Assembly (NCBI GenBank): GCA_963733055.1
Contig: CAVTBR010000003.1
Span: 96,001-160,000 of the forward strand
From: Candidatus Bathyarchaeota archaeon
GTDB lineage: Archaea > Thermoproteota > Bathyarchaeia > 40CM-2-53-6
DNA: 64,000 bases
Direction: 5' to 3'
This document shows, piece after piece, positions 30,638 through 40,904 of this stretch; the stretch's first letter is position 1; each line of letters opens with the position of its first letter. The position numbers were made by a program, and so were the translations under genes. The notes beneath the pieces were generated by a model. That model was given only the letters and a program-made list of their open reading frames with translations, ran no database searches and had not been told where the DNA came from.

Positions 30638-32200
30638 TTACAAGGGTGGGTTACCGTGTTTCCTGGGTGGACGAGTTTCGCGCTTGTCGAGAGTAGTTTC
30701 AAGCGCATGAATTAGACGGGGTCTGGTTTGTGGAGGTTCTATGACATCGTCGACGTAACCCCTACCCGCCGCCACGTATGGATTTGCGAACTTCTGTCTG
30801 TAGTCCTCGACAAATGCGTTCACAATCTTCGGATCCGAGTTGGCGGTAAGCTGCTTCCTGTAAATAATTTTGATCGCGCCCTCGGGTCCCATTACGGCTA
30901 TCTCCGCACTCGGCCAGGCGAAGTTGAAATCAGCACGAATGTGTTTGCTTCCAAGGACATCGTAAGCGCCACCGTATGCTTTTCGGACTATTACCGTCAA
31001 TTTTGGCACTGTCGCTTCGCAGTACGCGTAAAGCAGTTTCGAACCATTCTTGATGATTCCGGAGTGCTCTTGGTCTACTCCGGGTAAGAATCCCGGTACG
31101 TCTACGAACGTGATAACGGGAATGTTGAACGCGTCGCAGAATCTGATGAACCTTGCAGCTTTTACCGATGAGTTATTGTCGAGCGCACCGGCGTAGTGTT
31201 TTGGCTGGTTTGCTACTACGCCAACGCTGTGGCCATCCAGGCGTCCTAGACCAATAATGATGTTTTGAGCCCATCGGGCTTGTATTTCAAGAAAACTTCC
31301 GATGTCAAGAACTCTTTGTACAATTTCTTTCATGTCATACGCGCGGTCTCGGTCGGATGGGACGATTGAAGCAAGTTCTTTGTCCATGCGATTGGGTTCG
31401 TCACCAGTTTTGACTATCGGCGGATCTTCCAAATTGTTCTGCGGCAAATACGACAAGACTGCTTTAATGAGCTGAATGGCGGCTGGCTCATCGGAGGCGA
31501 AGAAGTGCGCGACGCCTGAGATTTGGCTATGGACGTGAGCTCCGCCGAGCGTCTCGAATGTTACATCCTCATCAAGTACTGATTTGACGACGTCTGGACC
31601 GGTGATGAACATGTAGCTTGTTTTGTCTACCATGATTACGAAATCTGTTAGAGCGGGAGAGTATACCGATCCCCCCGCACATGGGCCCATTATCGCTGAA
31701 ATCTGTGGAACAACTCCGCTGGCCAAGACATTCCGGTAGAATATTTCTGCAAAGCCTCCAAGGCTAACAACGCCCTCTTGGATCCGAGCGCCGCCAGAAT
31801 CGTTTAAGCCGATTAGGGGTGTACCGGTTTTCATCGCCAGATCCATTATCTTGCAAACTTTCATCGCGAAAGTCTCTCCAAGAGATCCACCGAAAACCGT
31901 GAAATCGTGAGCGAACACAAACACCGGTCTCCCATCTACCGTTCCATGGCCTGTCACGACGCCGTCTCCCAGAATTCTCCGATCTTCTGGGGACGATTCA
32001 AGGTTCTGCGATACCGCGAATCTATCAAGTTCAATGAAGCTTCCTTCGTCCAAAAGTAGGGCGAGCCTTTCGTGCGCGGTCAGTTTTCCTTTCTTATGTT
32101 GCTCATCTATGCGCTCTTTTCCGCCCCCAAGTAGTGCTTTCTTAGAAAGTTCACGGAGCAGGTCAACGTTTTTCCCGTTGCTTGAATCCGATGCGTTCAA
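30638..32200 (-). CDS. pccB: Acyl-CoA (propionyl-CoA) carboxylase carboxyltransferase subunit
   Basis: DSGGARIQEG, GPCAGG, DVPGFLPG, RKAYGGAY, KHGN.PL. Confidence 0.93.
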   Translation of the reverse strand: MNASDSSNGKNVDLLRELSKKALLGGGKERIDEQHKKGKLTAHERLALLLDEGSFIELDRFAVSQNLESSPEDRRILGDGVVTGHGTVDGRPVFVFAHDFTVFGGSLGETFAMKVCKIMDLAMKTGTPLIGLNDSGGARIQEGVVSLGGFAEIFYRNVLASGVVPQISAIMGPCAGGSVYSPALTDFVIMVDKTSYMFITGPDVVKSVLDEDVTFETLGGAHVHSQISGVAHFFASDEPAAIQLIKAVLSYLPQNNLEDPPIVKTGDEPNRMDKELASIVPSDRDRAYDMKEIVQRVLDIGSFLEIQARWAQNIIIGLGRLDGHSVGVVANQPKHYAGALDNNSSVKAARFIRFCDAFNIPVITFVDVPGFLPGVDQEHSGIIKNGSKLLYAYCEATVPKLTVIVRKAYGGAYDVLGSKHIRADFNFAWPSAEIAVMGPEGAIKIIYRKQLTANSDPKIVNAFVEDYRQKFANPYVAAGRGYVDDVIEPPQTRPRLIHALETTLDKRETRPPRKHGNPPL

Positions 32201-32290
32201 ATCCTCTCAGCCAAACCCGTGCGCTTGTGAAATCTCGTCTCCATTCGTCATGGCTTATTAGGCTGTGGCAAGGTGGGAGACACTCGCCTT

Positions 32291-33091
32291 TTAGTTGCTT
32301 TGATATTCAACGGAAAGGAGGACATTAGTGTCAACGGATTCTGGTCCCTGCGGTGTAAGTATTCGTACACGCCCAAGAGTCTCGTAGTCAACCACCATTC
32401 CCCGGAGTTCGCGATTCTGCACTTTCAATCTAACACTCTTGCCCCGAGAGCACTCTAGCTTTCTGACCAGCGCGACAATTTTCTCTTCCTTGCCCGCACA
32501 CAGCATCTCGTACAGGTTCTCGACCTCAAATAGGATGCGGCCAATTAAGGCCGCCCGGTCGATCGGCGTCCCAAGAAGTGACTGAAGAGTAGTTGCACTA
32601 TCGAACGCGCCAATTGCGTCTGCGCTAAAGTTCGCATTTATGCCTAATCCTAGTATTGCATAATCTAACTCGCTTCCCTTTGATTTCGCTTCAACCAACA
32701 CCCCAGCAATCTTTCGGTCTTCGACCACGACGTCGTTCGGCCATCGAACGCGCGCCTTGACTCTTAACTGCGAACTTACTGCTTCCACGATCGCGAGAGC
32801 ACCTAACAAGGGAAGCGCATCTAGGAAGGCTTGACCACTACGTGGTCTAAGCAGAATGCTTAACCAAATTCCTCCGATTGGAGAAACCCAGCGTCTGCCC
32901 AACCGTCCTCGACCAGCTGATTGCGTCTCTGTTATTGATACGTAACCATGACGTGCTCCCCGCTCTGCCGAGCGTTTGACCTCGTCGTTCGTTGAACCGC
33001 ATTCACTTGTGATTGAAATCTCTCTTCCCAGGTAGCGAGTTCTCAGGTTCCGTATTATGTCACGTTTCTCGAGTGGGTATGGGCTGCTCAA
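32291..33091 (-). CDS. birA: Biotin-protein ligase
   Basis: STN, QSAGRGRLGRRW.SP, WPND, KIAGVLVE. Confidence 0.93.
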   Translation of the reverse strand: MSSPYPLEKRDIIRNLRTRYLGREISITSECGSTNDEVKRSAERGARHGYVSITETQSAGRGRLGRRWVSPIGGIWLSILLRPRSGQAFLDALPLLGALAIVEAVSSQLRVKARVRWPNDVVVEDRKIAGVLVEAKSKGSELDYAILGLGINANFSADAIGAFDSATTLQSLLGTPIDRAALIGRILFEVENLYEMLCAGKEEKIVALVRKLECSRGKSVRLKVQNRELRGMVVDYETLGRVRILTPQGPESVDTNVLLSVEYQSN

Positions 33092-33291
33092 GTTGGCGTA
33101 TCCCTCAATTCTCGGCCCTATGTGGGTAGGAGGTCGTAATCGTTGCTTTCGATTGCCATCGCAAGCGCCCAGATTCGTTAAGGTAAACCCTGAGCACCTG
33201 TAGGATGGATATTGGCATGGTTCTGCACATCCGCATGCTTGCGACTCAAAATGCTTTATTTTACCTGAGTTGGTTTGGTTTCTGAGTTAAA

Positions 33292-34041
33292 ATGCAGAAA
33301 TCCGGTGGTCGCACTCCTACAGGCATATCTGGACTTGATGAAATTCTTGGGGGCGGGTTCCCTCAGGGTAGGGTTCTGTTGGTATTGGGAGAACCTGGGG
33401 CGGGAAAAACAATCTTCTGCTCTCAGTATCTCTATAATGGAATAACGAAGTTCGGAGAGAATGGCCTGCTCGTTAGTATGGAAGAGAATAGAACTCATTA
33501 CGATTGGGAAATGAACCAGTTCGGCTGGAACTTTGGATCCGTCGAGAAACAGGGCAAGTTCTCTTTCGTGGATGCTTCCCCAATACGAGCGATTCCCGGA
33601 GAAGTAAAAATTGGGAAGTTAACGATTGGTCGGCAAGATTTCTCATTGCTGAGCCTACTCAAGCTAATTCGAAACAATGCGAAATCCATAGGTGCGAAGA
33701 GAATCGTTGTGGACCCAGTATCCTTGCTGATATTTCAGTACCCAGACGAAACGCAACGCCGGAAGGCTCTCCTGGATCTTGTCGAGGCTATGACGGAAAC
33801 TGGCGCTACGTGCCTCTTATCCTCTGAGCTGCGGAGGGTTGGTTTGAAGGGCCGGACGCTGCAAACGGAGGAGTACCTAGTACACGGTGTGGTCCTGATG
33901 CAAACCATTGCGGCAGGAAGAACGATGGAACGCACGATCCAAGTCGAGAAAATGCGTGGGACTCAGATCGATCGACAGCCAAGACCTTATCGGATCACCG
34001 AGAAAGGAATTGAGGTCTACCCGAGAGAAAGCGTGATCTAA
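33292..34041 (+). CDS. Single-domain KaiC-like RecA-superfamily ATPase
   Basis: TGISGLDEILGGG, GEPGAGKT, SMEE, VEKMRG. Confidence 0.9.
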   Translation: MQKSGGRTPTGISGLDEILGGGFPQGRVLLVLGEPGAGKTIFCSQYLYNGITKFGENGLLVSMEENRTHYDWEMNQFGWNFGSVEKQGKFSFVDASPIRAIPGEVKIGKLTIGRQDFSLLSLLKLIRNNAKSIGAKRIVVDPVSLLIFQYPDETQRRKALLDLVEAMTETGATCLLSSELRRVGLKGRTLQTEEYLVHGVVLMQTIAAGRTMERTIQVEKMRGTQIDRQPRPYRITEKGIEVYPRESVI

Positions 34042-34060
34042 GAACAGTTCCCTGAAAACT

Positions 34061-34378
34061 TTACTTTCTTGTTCTTCTTCGACTAGGGGTTCGGCTTCTG
34101 CGCGAACTAACGGAAGCGCTTGATGTGTCAGGAGTCGAATTCTGAACGGGCTCAGGTTCGAGAGGTGCTGGTGGAGGCGTCGTAAGCATGGTCCAACCGA
34201 TCCACCCGGATATCACAAGCACCAGAAGGACAAAGAGGAGAACAGGAATGCCAACCGCCCAGTCATGCCAGTACTGTGGCAGATTCATGACAGGAGCGAA
34301 AAAGGCTACCAAGTAGACGATAGCGACGACGATGGAGATCAGGAATATTACAAAACCGTAGCTTTGGTCTTTGCTCAT
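34061..34378 (-). CDS. Small two-TM archaeal membrane protein
   Basis: MSKDQ...WIGWTMLTTPPP with two hydrophobic helices. Confidence 0.7.
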   Translation of the reverse strand: MSKDQSYGFVIFLISIVVAIVYLVAFFAPVMNLPQYWHDWAVGIPVLLFVLLVLVISGWIGWTMLTTPPPAPLEPEPVQNSTPDTSSASVSSRRSRTPSRRRTRK

Positions 34379-34456
34379 TGGACGTCAGGTTCCCATCGCG
34401 AATACTTGCCGAAGCGAATATAAGCTTTGAGAAAAAGTGGGAGGTTTTTCGAAGCC

Positions 34457-36316
34457 TTACCCGATCTGTTTGTAGCCCGGTCTCTGGCTGATTAGCACGG
34501 GTAATTTCAAAGGCATTGAAGGGTACCCTTTCGTCGCCGCGGCTACCTCTTGGGCCAGAACAGCCACTGTCGAGGGATATTGTTTTCCGTCCATCCGCCT
34601 CCGAACCGCGACAACTTTTCCTTCTACCTCTCGCTTACCGACCACCGCAACGTAAGGTACCCAGTTCAACTCGGCGTCCCTCACGCGTTTATCGACGCTT
34701 TCGTCACGGTCGTCAATGTCGGCTCTAACATTGTACGCCGCTAATTGACTCGCGGTATCAGTTGCAATCGGCACGAATTCCGGTCTTAAGGGGAGGATTC
34801 GCACTTGGGTAGGAGACAACCATAATGGAAGGCTGGGTTTCTCATGTTTAGCTTCCGTCCTTGCGCACTGGTCAAGTATTGTGAATAGGTAGCGTTCCAC
34901 GGAACCTATAACTGCGGTGTGGATGATCGGGGGAAATTCTTTCTCGCTTCGTTCGTTGACGTATGATATCCCGAAACGTTTGGCGTTGCCGATGTCAATT
35001 TGAAATGTAGCGATCTCCCTCGGGCGCTCAAGCTCATCTATGATGTGGTATTCGATATTCAATACCCAGTAGTAGATTCCTTCTGGCACGAAGTTGAGTA
35101 GCGCGGGTTTACCTTCTCGTTTCACAAGTTTCATAACGTACTCTTTGTTCGCCTCAAGAAAACTCGACGTTATGTTGTATATGGACACGTAGTCTCTCCC
35201 AAGTTTCCCTATCTCTTGGTAGATTACTTCGTGGAGTTTGAGCGTAACTTCCATGGCTTCGTTCATGTTCTTGCAGTAGATGTGGCAGTCGGGCATGTGC
35301 AATTTTCTTAGGCGGAAGGACAGAAGGAGTTCCCCGCTTTGCTCGAGTCGGTAGGCGTCAGCAACTTCAAAAGTGCCAAAGGGAAGGTGGCGGTAACTTA
35401 GAGACCAATTTCGTACGGCCGAGAACTGCTGATGACACGCCGCATAGCGCATGACTAGGCTCTTGTTTTCTGCCTCAAGCCTGTAGAGCCTAGATCCAAA
35501 GAGGTCTGCGTGCTCCTTTACCGCGGGGACGGATAGGTCGAACATGTTAGTGCCTTTGACCTGTAGGATTGGGAGCCCGACTGCGTTTACTGCGTCCCAT
35601 GAGTATTGGCTGATCAGGTCGAAAATCATGACGCCCTCTGGGCTATAGCGCATGTGACCGTGGTCTGAGAAGTTCTCCCATTCGATGCCAAATTTCTTGC
35701 AGTATTCAAGATACTTGGGTGTTCCACCAGGCAGAGCCTTCTTCAACGCCTCTTTCTCGACCAAAGTTTTGAACGCCTCTTCTCCGGGCTTGAAGGAGTA
35801 TTCGCCGGGTTCGTACAAGCGTCCGTCGAGGTCCAGCACTTTGTAGTAGGTTTTGATGGGAGGGGCTTCGGCCTTTGCAGCTTCAGGTCTTATGGTTCGG
35901 GATAATTCTGAGAGAGGGTGTCCGATGCAGCTGAGGCTGAAACTCTTGTAGTATCCGAAGGGGCTCCGGTACACGGGCAACTCTTGGTTCTTGAGATTCT
36001 CTAATGACTCTTGGAGAAGTCGCACAGCGAGTGCGGGTGATGCTAGGCTACTGGACAGGTGCGCGTAAGGATACAGCAGTAGCTGACTTGCCTTTACCGA
36101 GCGCGCTACGTCGACGATAGATTGACAAGCTTTCTGAACGACCTCGCCTGGATTTGCTTCGTCTTCCTTCTCGACCGTGCAGAACGCGACTAAGACGTTC
36201 TTGAATTTCCCCGTTCGGTTATCCCCGATTGGTTCAGGGTTTTTGATAGCTTCTTTCCGTACCTCGTACTCAAAATTGTCACAGTGCAGAAGTAATAATC
36301 GCATACTGTCAATCAT
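34457..36316 (-). CDS. thrS: Threonine--tRNA ligase (archaeal type with N-terminal editing domain)
   Basis: YPYAHLSS, PFGYYK.F...C.GHPLSELSR, RYAAC, PDCH, HTAVIGSVER. Confidence 0.95.
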   Translation of the reverse strand: MIDSMRLLLLHCDNFEYEVRKEAIKNPEPIGDNRTGKFKNVLVAFCTVEKEDEANPGEVVQKACQSIVDVARSVKASQLLLYPYAHLSSSLASPALAVRLLQESLENLKNQELPVYRSPFGYYKSFSLSCIGHPLSELSRTIRPEAAKAEAPPIKTYYKVLDLDGRLYEPGEYSFKPGEEAFKTLVEKEALKKALPGGTPKYLEYCKKFGIEWENFSDHGHMRYSPEGVMIFDLISQYSWDAVNAVGLPILQVKGTNMFDLSVPAVKEHADLFGSRLYRLEAENKSLVMRYAACHQQFSAVRNWSLSYRHLPFGTFEVADAYRLEQSGELLLSFRLRKLHMPDCHIYCKNMNEAMEVTLKLHEVIYQEIGKLGRDYVSIYNITSSFLEANKEYVMKLVKREGKPALLNFVPEGIYYWVLNIEYHIIDELERPREIATFQIDIGNAKRFGISYVNERSEKEFPPIIHTAVIGSVERYLFTILDQCARTEAKHEKPSLPLWLSPTQVRILPLRPEFVPIATDTASQLAAYNVRADIDDRDESVDKRVRDAELNWVPYVAVVGKREVEGKVVAVRRRMDGKQYPSTVAVLAQEVAAATKGYPSMPLKLPVLISQRPGYKQIG

Positions 36317-36359
36317 TCCATTCTTGATTCTATCCTATCAGCCGAACAGTCCCTGGCCA

Positions 36360-36566
36360 TTAGGCTGAGAATCTCCATTTGTCAAGCTGTCTGTCTTTGC
36401 GGGTTAACTTCTTGAATTCGCGGTAATGTGGTTTGCAGAGGTACGCCCGGCGGGCGTTACCGATATTGATTCCGCTGTGAGCTACCTTATCCGTAGAGAT
36501 CGAACGAATCGCCGCAGCGCTGCAACCTACAACACTGCAATGCTGGCCCTTTGCGACTTTACCCAT
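36360..36566 (-). CDS. Small Cys/His Zn-binding basic protein (68 aa)
   Basis: CSVVGC...LCKPHY, directly upstream of thrS. Confidence 0.7.
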   Translation of the reverse strand: MGKVAKGQHCSVVGCSAAAIRSISTDKVAHSGINIGNARRAYLCKPHYREFKKLTRKDRQLDKWRFSA

Positions 36567-36640
36567 GGAAACCGCGTCTAGAAGACCGGAGGTGCTTGAA
36601 AAACTTCGTTTCGAATCATTTGGTGCGAGTAAAGGGAATA

Positions 36641-37201
36641 TCAGGCCCTCTTGTGGGCTCTCGGCCGCCGGCGTCGGTCGATGACGAGAACGCTCGAACA
36701 CAACGCAGTGACGATCCCAGCAACTAATCCGGAAGGGAATTCAGGGATAGCAGCAGGAGGGCCCAATTGGATCGTGGCATTGCCAACAGCCTTGTAGTCC
36801 AGTAAGTATGAACCTCCGGTGCCGCCCGCCCGGATCACGTAGACATCAATCCCGACATGCCACGTGCCATTGTTCCCTGGAGTCGTGGGCATGTTGTCTG
36901 TCGTAACTGTGAAATTTGTTGCGTTATATCCGATAGGAGTACTGTTTGATGACACGATCGATCCTGAAGGAGTGTCAACAATATCTACCCTGACTGAATA
37001 GTAGTCCTCGCCATTAGACACGCATGACCCGGCTAGGGTTGAGGTTATGAGAATACGCTGGCTGGGCGCTGCCTGTTGAGGGTATCCGTACGATACATTG
37101 CTGATCTGGCAACGAACCGCGAATACGCTAGGGTTTGATAGAAAGAGCGTGAAAGTTACAAGCAGTACTAAAACCGCATATGAAACGTGCCATGTACGCA
37201 T
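36641..37201 (-). CDS. Secreted protein with PEF-CTERM-like sorting signal
   Basis: Signal peptide; IPEFP + TM + RRRR tail. Confidence 0.75.
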   Translation of the reverse strand: MRTWHVSYAVLVLLVTFTLFLSNPSVFAVRCQISNVSYGYPQQAAPSQRILITSTLAGSCVSNGEDYYSVRVDIVDTPSGSIVSSNSTPIGYNATNFTVTTDNMPTTPGNNGTWHVGIDVYVIRAGGTGGSYLLDYKAVGNATIQLGPPAAIPEFPSGLVAGIVTALCSSVLVIDRRRRPRAHKRA

Positions 37202-37360
37202 TATAGACGCCTATCGTCATTTTCGTATCTTCGCGTATATGTATTACGTTCTGAAACAACGAATTTGCATCCTGCGAGCGACTTGTTCGCATGGTTTGGG
37301 AATAATGCGACTTCGAAATGTCCTTAAACGGTGTAGGTCATTCAACGCTTCCTGGTCAAA

Positions 37361-37957
37361 TTGTTAGGTAGGCTCCGAGCTAGGTACGAAGCAGCGATGC
37401 TCCCTATCGGGAAAAAGCTAGGAAAGATGGGAGTAACTCCGAACGCGATATCGACCGTTAGTCTACTCATAGCCATTCTAGCCGCAATTGCGTATGCGTC
37501 GAAGGCGCCGGTGTTAGGAGCCGTAGGCCTGTTGGGTTCAGGTTTCGTCGACATGCTGGACGGATCGGTCGCTAGAGCCACCGGGCTGGTTACTAGGTTT
37601 GGAGCGGTCTATGACCCGGTGCTGGATAGGTATGCGGAATTCGCCGTTCTGTTTGGCATGGGTTATGGTGGGTTGGTGAGTTGGGTTTGGGTAATTTTCA
37701 GTTTGTTTGGCATGGTTATGGCCAGTTACGTTAGGGCTAGGGCCGAGTCAGCGGGAGGCCTGGCGAGTTGCAGCGTTGGAATAGCTGAACGGCAGGAGAA
37801 GATTGTTCTGCTGTTGATCGGCTCTTTAGTTCAACCATTCTTCAATCTGGGATTATCGATATCAGTAATCGTGGTTGGAGTCTTATCCCACGTAACGGCT
37901 GCACAGAGGCTCCATTATACGTTGAAGCAAACCGCGGGGAGAAATGTGAATGTTTGA
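37361..37957 (+). CDS. pgsA: CDP-alcohol phosphatidyltransferase (archaetidylinositol phosphate synthase-like)
   Basis: TPN, DMLDGSVAR..G....FG..YD..LDR, SYVRARAE. Confidence 0.9.
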   Translation: MLGRLRARYEAAMLPIGKKLGKMGVTPNAISTVSLLIAILAAIAYASKAPVLGAVGLLGSGFVDMLDGSVARATGLVTRFGAVYDPVLDRYAEFAVLFGMGYGGLVSWVWVIFSLFGMVMASYVRARAESAGGLASCSVGIAERQEKIVLLLIGSLVQPFFNLGLSISVIVVGVLSHVTAAQRLHYTLKQTAGRNVNV

Positions 37958-38877
37958 TTTGGTAGGGGTCGGAAATCCGGTTTACGACAGTATCATTACT
38001 CCGCTCTCCAAGACTAACGGCAGAGTTCTTTCCGGATGCAGCACGAATGCATGCCTCGCCTCGAAGAGGCTAGGTTTGGATAGGGTGGGCTTGGTCGGAT
38101 GTGTTGGCAATGATTATGGGGATAGATTCCGAGAGGACTTGAGAAAATATGGCATTGAGTCCAGAGTAGACTCGAGTGGTAAGGAAACCGGAGGATTCCA
38201 TCTCGTTTACGACTCACGTGGAGACAGAACCCTCGACGTGTTGGGTGTCGCCGCACCCATCAGCAGAAAGAACTTCAACGATGAATTTCTTCAAAGCAAG
38301 TTCACTCTCATCGGACCAATACTGGGCGAAGTTGACCTTCCATTAATCCAGTTCCTTCGATCGTCAACCTCGGGACGACTCTTCCTAGACCCTCAGGGCC
38401 TAGTGCGACGTATAGGATCGGATAAGCGAGTAATCCACGAATGCAATGTCGAGGATTTCAGGAAGATAGCAAGCCTAGTTGACGTCGTCAAACCCAACGA
38501 AACCGAGAGTGAAACGATAACCAAAGAGGTCGATCCCGTTATTGCCATTCGGCGACTCTCTCAGATGGGTGTGCGAGTTCCGATAGTTACCCTTGCGGAC
38601 CGAGGTTCGCTTTTGCTTGAGGGTAATAAATTGCATCATATTCCCCCATATCCCACAGAGGCTGTGGACCCAACGGGTGCGGGCGACGTCTACGGAGGGT
38701 CCTTCATAACAGAGTATCAGCGGCGGGGAGATTTGGTTGAAGCGGCGCTATTCGCGTCCGCTGGCGGCTTCAATGATGGTAGAGCAGGTAGGGCCGGATT
38801 TTCGCTTACCGAGGAAGGAGGTCGAAGATCGGAGAGACGCGATCCGTGACCGGTTAATCACGGAGACGTTGACTTAG
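37950..38877 (+). CDS. PfkB-family carbohydrate kinase; +1 indel near 38763
   Basis: DPQG, KPNE.E, DPTGAGDVYGG; the shifted frame continues ASAAASMMVEQVGP to TAG 38877. Confidence 0.85.
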
Positions 38878-39152
38878 TAGGAATAGTGTCGCTCTTCCTC
38901 GGACCTTACCTTGGAAAGCCCAAAGTGAACTGCGCAAGAGACGCAGTAAAATTTGATGACCTTCTGGCGCTGTATGTAGGTCCCGTGTGCTCTGAGTTTG
39001 CGTGCTAAGGACGGTTCGACCAATGACACCCATTGCGTGGCGCGCTTTGCCTTATCTCGTGGTACGGGCCTGCCACAGTTAGTGCACTGTATCATTACGC
39101 CTCGTCCTTTGCCGCCTTTGCTACGGCCCCGGGATTTCCGCTTCTTAGTCAA
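38874..39152 (-). CDS. rps26e: 30S ribosomal protein S26e
   Basis: KKRKSRGR, CTNCGR.VPRDKA, YCVSCAVH. Confidence 0.96.
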   Translation of the reverse strand: MTKKRKSRGRSKGGKGRGVMIQCTNCGRPVPRDKAKRATQWVSLVEPSLARKLRAHGTYIQRQKVIKFYCVSCAVHFGLSKVRSEEERHYSY

Positions 39153-39215
39153 TCGTCATCTAATCGTGATAGGTCGATGGGGCGTGCTTAAACGTTGTTG
39201 TGGGACCCGAGGTTT

Positions 39216-40661
39216 CTAGTAGGAACGGGCGAAGTATGCAACTTTTGTAGCCGGTTTGCCGCAACGTACGCAGGTTGAGAATACTTCTTCGTCTTTCAAT
39301 GGGAGTGTTCGTATCGTTGCGCCAGTGTCATTCTTGATCGTTTCCTCGCATTCAGTTGACCCACACCAACATGCACGAACGAAGCCTCCCCGATTCTCCA
39401 CAGTCTTCTTGAATTCGTCGTAAGTGGTAACGGTGGTCACCGATTCTTGAAGGGCCTTTTTCGCTTTGGCGAAGAGATTGTTTTGTATTTCCAACAGACT
39501 CTTCTTGACCTCGTTAACCAAGTCGGTGTCTTTGACGCTCAATTTCTGCGAATTATCGCGCCTGACCAGTACTGACTGTTGATTCTGTACGTCGCGAGGT
39601 CCAATTTCGACGCGAAGCGGCACGCCTTTCATTTCCCAGTCATGGAACTTCCACCCTGGTGTATATTGATCACGGAAGTCCGCGTGAACTTCGATGCCTT
39701 CTTTCTTCAGCGCTTCAGCAATCGTCCGAACCTTCGTGGTAATCGCATCGGTTTGTTCCTGTTTGAAGTAGATCGGCACAATAACCACCTGAATAGGCGC
39801 GATTTGAGGAGGTATTACCAGTCCCTTGTCGTCGCCATGGAGCATTATCATAGCGCTAATCAGTCTCCAAGAGACTCCCCAGGATGCCGTCCACGCGTAG
39901 TGCATCTGCTCATCTTTACCGAGGTATTTGATTTCGAAGGGTTTTGAGAAATTCTGTCCCAGGTTGTGTGAGGTGCCCATTTGGATGGCCTTGCCGTCCG
40001 GCATCATTGCTTCCAGGGTGGTCGTGTACAGTGCGCCCCGGAACTTTTCCTTCTCGCTCTTGTAGCCTAACAGAACAGGTATCGCCATCTCGTCTTCAAT
40101 GATTTGCCGGTAGAATTCGAGGATCATCAATACCTCCTTGTCCGCGTCCTCTTTCGTTGCATGAACCGTGTGACCTTCCTGCCATAGAAACTCCGAGGTT
40201 CTGAGAAAGGGTCGAGTTGCAGTAATCTCCGAACGCAAAACCGAGTTCCAAAGGTTGATGAGTACGGGTAAATCACGCCAGCTCCGTACCCATTTGGAAT
40301 AAGCTTCGTTAACTATGGTTTCGGATGTGGGTCGAACAGCGAGTCTCTCTGCTAGCGGGTTCTCCCCGGATTGGGTGACCCAGAACACTTCGGGAGTGAA
40401 CCCTTTGAAATGAGTTGCTTCCTTCTGTAGATAACTTTCCGGTACTAGCAACGGGAAGTAGGCGTTCGAATGGCCGGTTTCTTTCAGTCTTCGGTCGAGG
40501 TGCTCCTTGATTTTGTCCCAGATAGAATATCCGTAGGGGCGAAGAATTATGAATCCTTTAACAGGCGCATAATCTGCCAGTTCGGCCTTGGTCACTATTT
40601 GCGTATACCACTCGGATAGGTCGGCCGCTTTCTTTGCAGTAATGCCAATTTCCTTACTCAA
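39216..40661 (-). CDS. proS: Proline--tRNA ligase (archaeal/eukaryotic type)
   Basis: RPTSET, FLWQEGHT, GTSHNLGQNF, C-terminal FARSY. Confidence 0.96.
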   Translation of the reverse strand: MSKEIGITAKKAADLSEWYTQIVTKAELADYAPVKGFIILRPYGYSIWDKIKEHLDRRLKETGHSNAYFPLLVPESYLQKEATHFKGFTPEVFWVTQSGENPLAERLAVRPTSETIVNEAYSKWVRSWRDLPVLINLWNSVLRSEITATRPFLRTSEFLWQEGHTVHATKEDADKEVLMILEFYRQIIEDEMAIPVLLGYKSEKEKFRGALYTTTLEAMMPDGKAIQMGTSHNLGQNFSKPFEIKYLGKDEQMHYAWTASWGVSWRLISAMIMLHGDDKGLVIPPQIAPIQVVIVPIYFKQEQTDAITTKVRTIAEALKKEGIEVHADFRDQYTPGWKFHDWEMKGVPLRVEIGPRDVQNQQSVLVRRDNSQKLSVKDTDLVNEVKKSLLEIQNNLFAKAKKALQESVTTVTTYDEFKKTVENRGGFVRACWCGSTECEETIKNDTGATIRTLPLKDEEVFSTCVRCGKPATKVAYFARSY

Positions 40662-40904
40662 AAGACAAACTTCCCCGAAAATTTGCGCAATTGTAAGACT
40701 AGTTGATCAGTGCTGTGGAACTAAAACACCGGAGACTTCCATATCAGCCAACTCAGCAATCCTGGCAAGGGGCTGTGTTGATATTTAGTGTTTGCCCGAA
40801 GCCACGACATATTGGACTCTGGCTTCGGGGGATGGGCGCTCAACGCTTCATGTGTTAGAACTAAGCCCTTTATTGTTCAACTGGCAAGTTCATTCCGGCA
40901 TTCT

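Noticed and set aside
29230-38765. +1 shifts in accC (~29236) and pfkB (~38763) as pseudogenes or recoding sites
   Set aside because: They are single-base insertions with intact coding sequence on both sides, consistent with assembly error.
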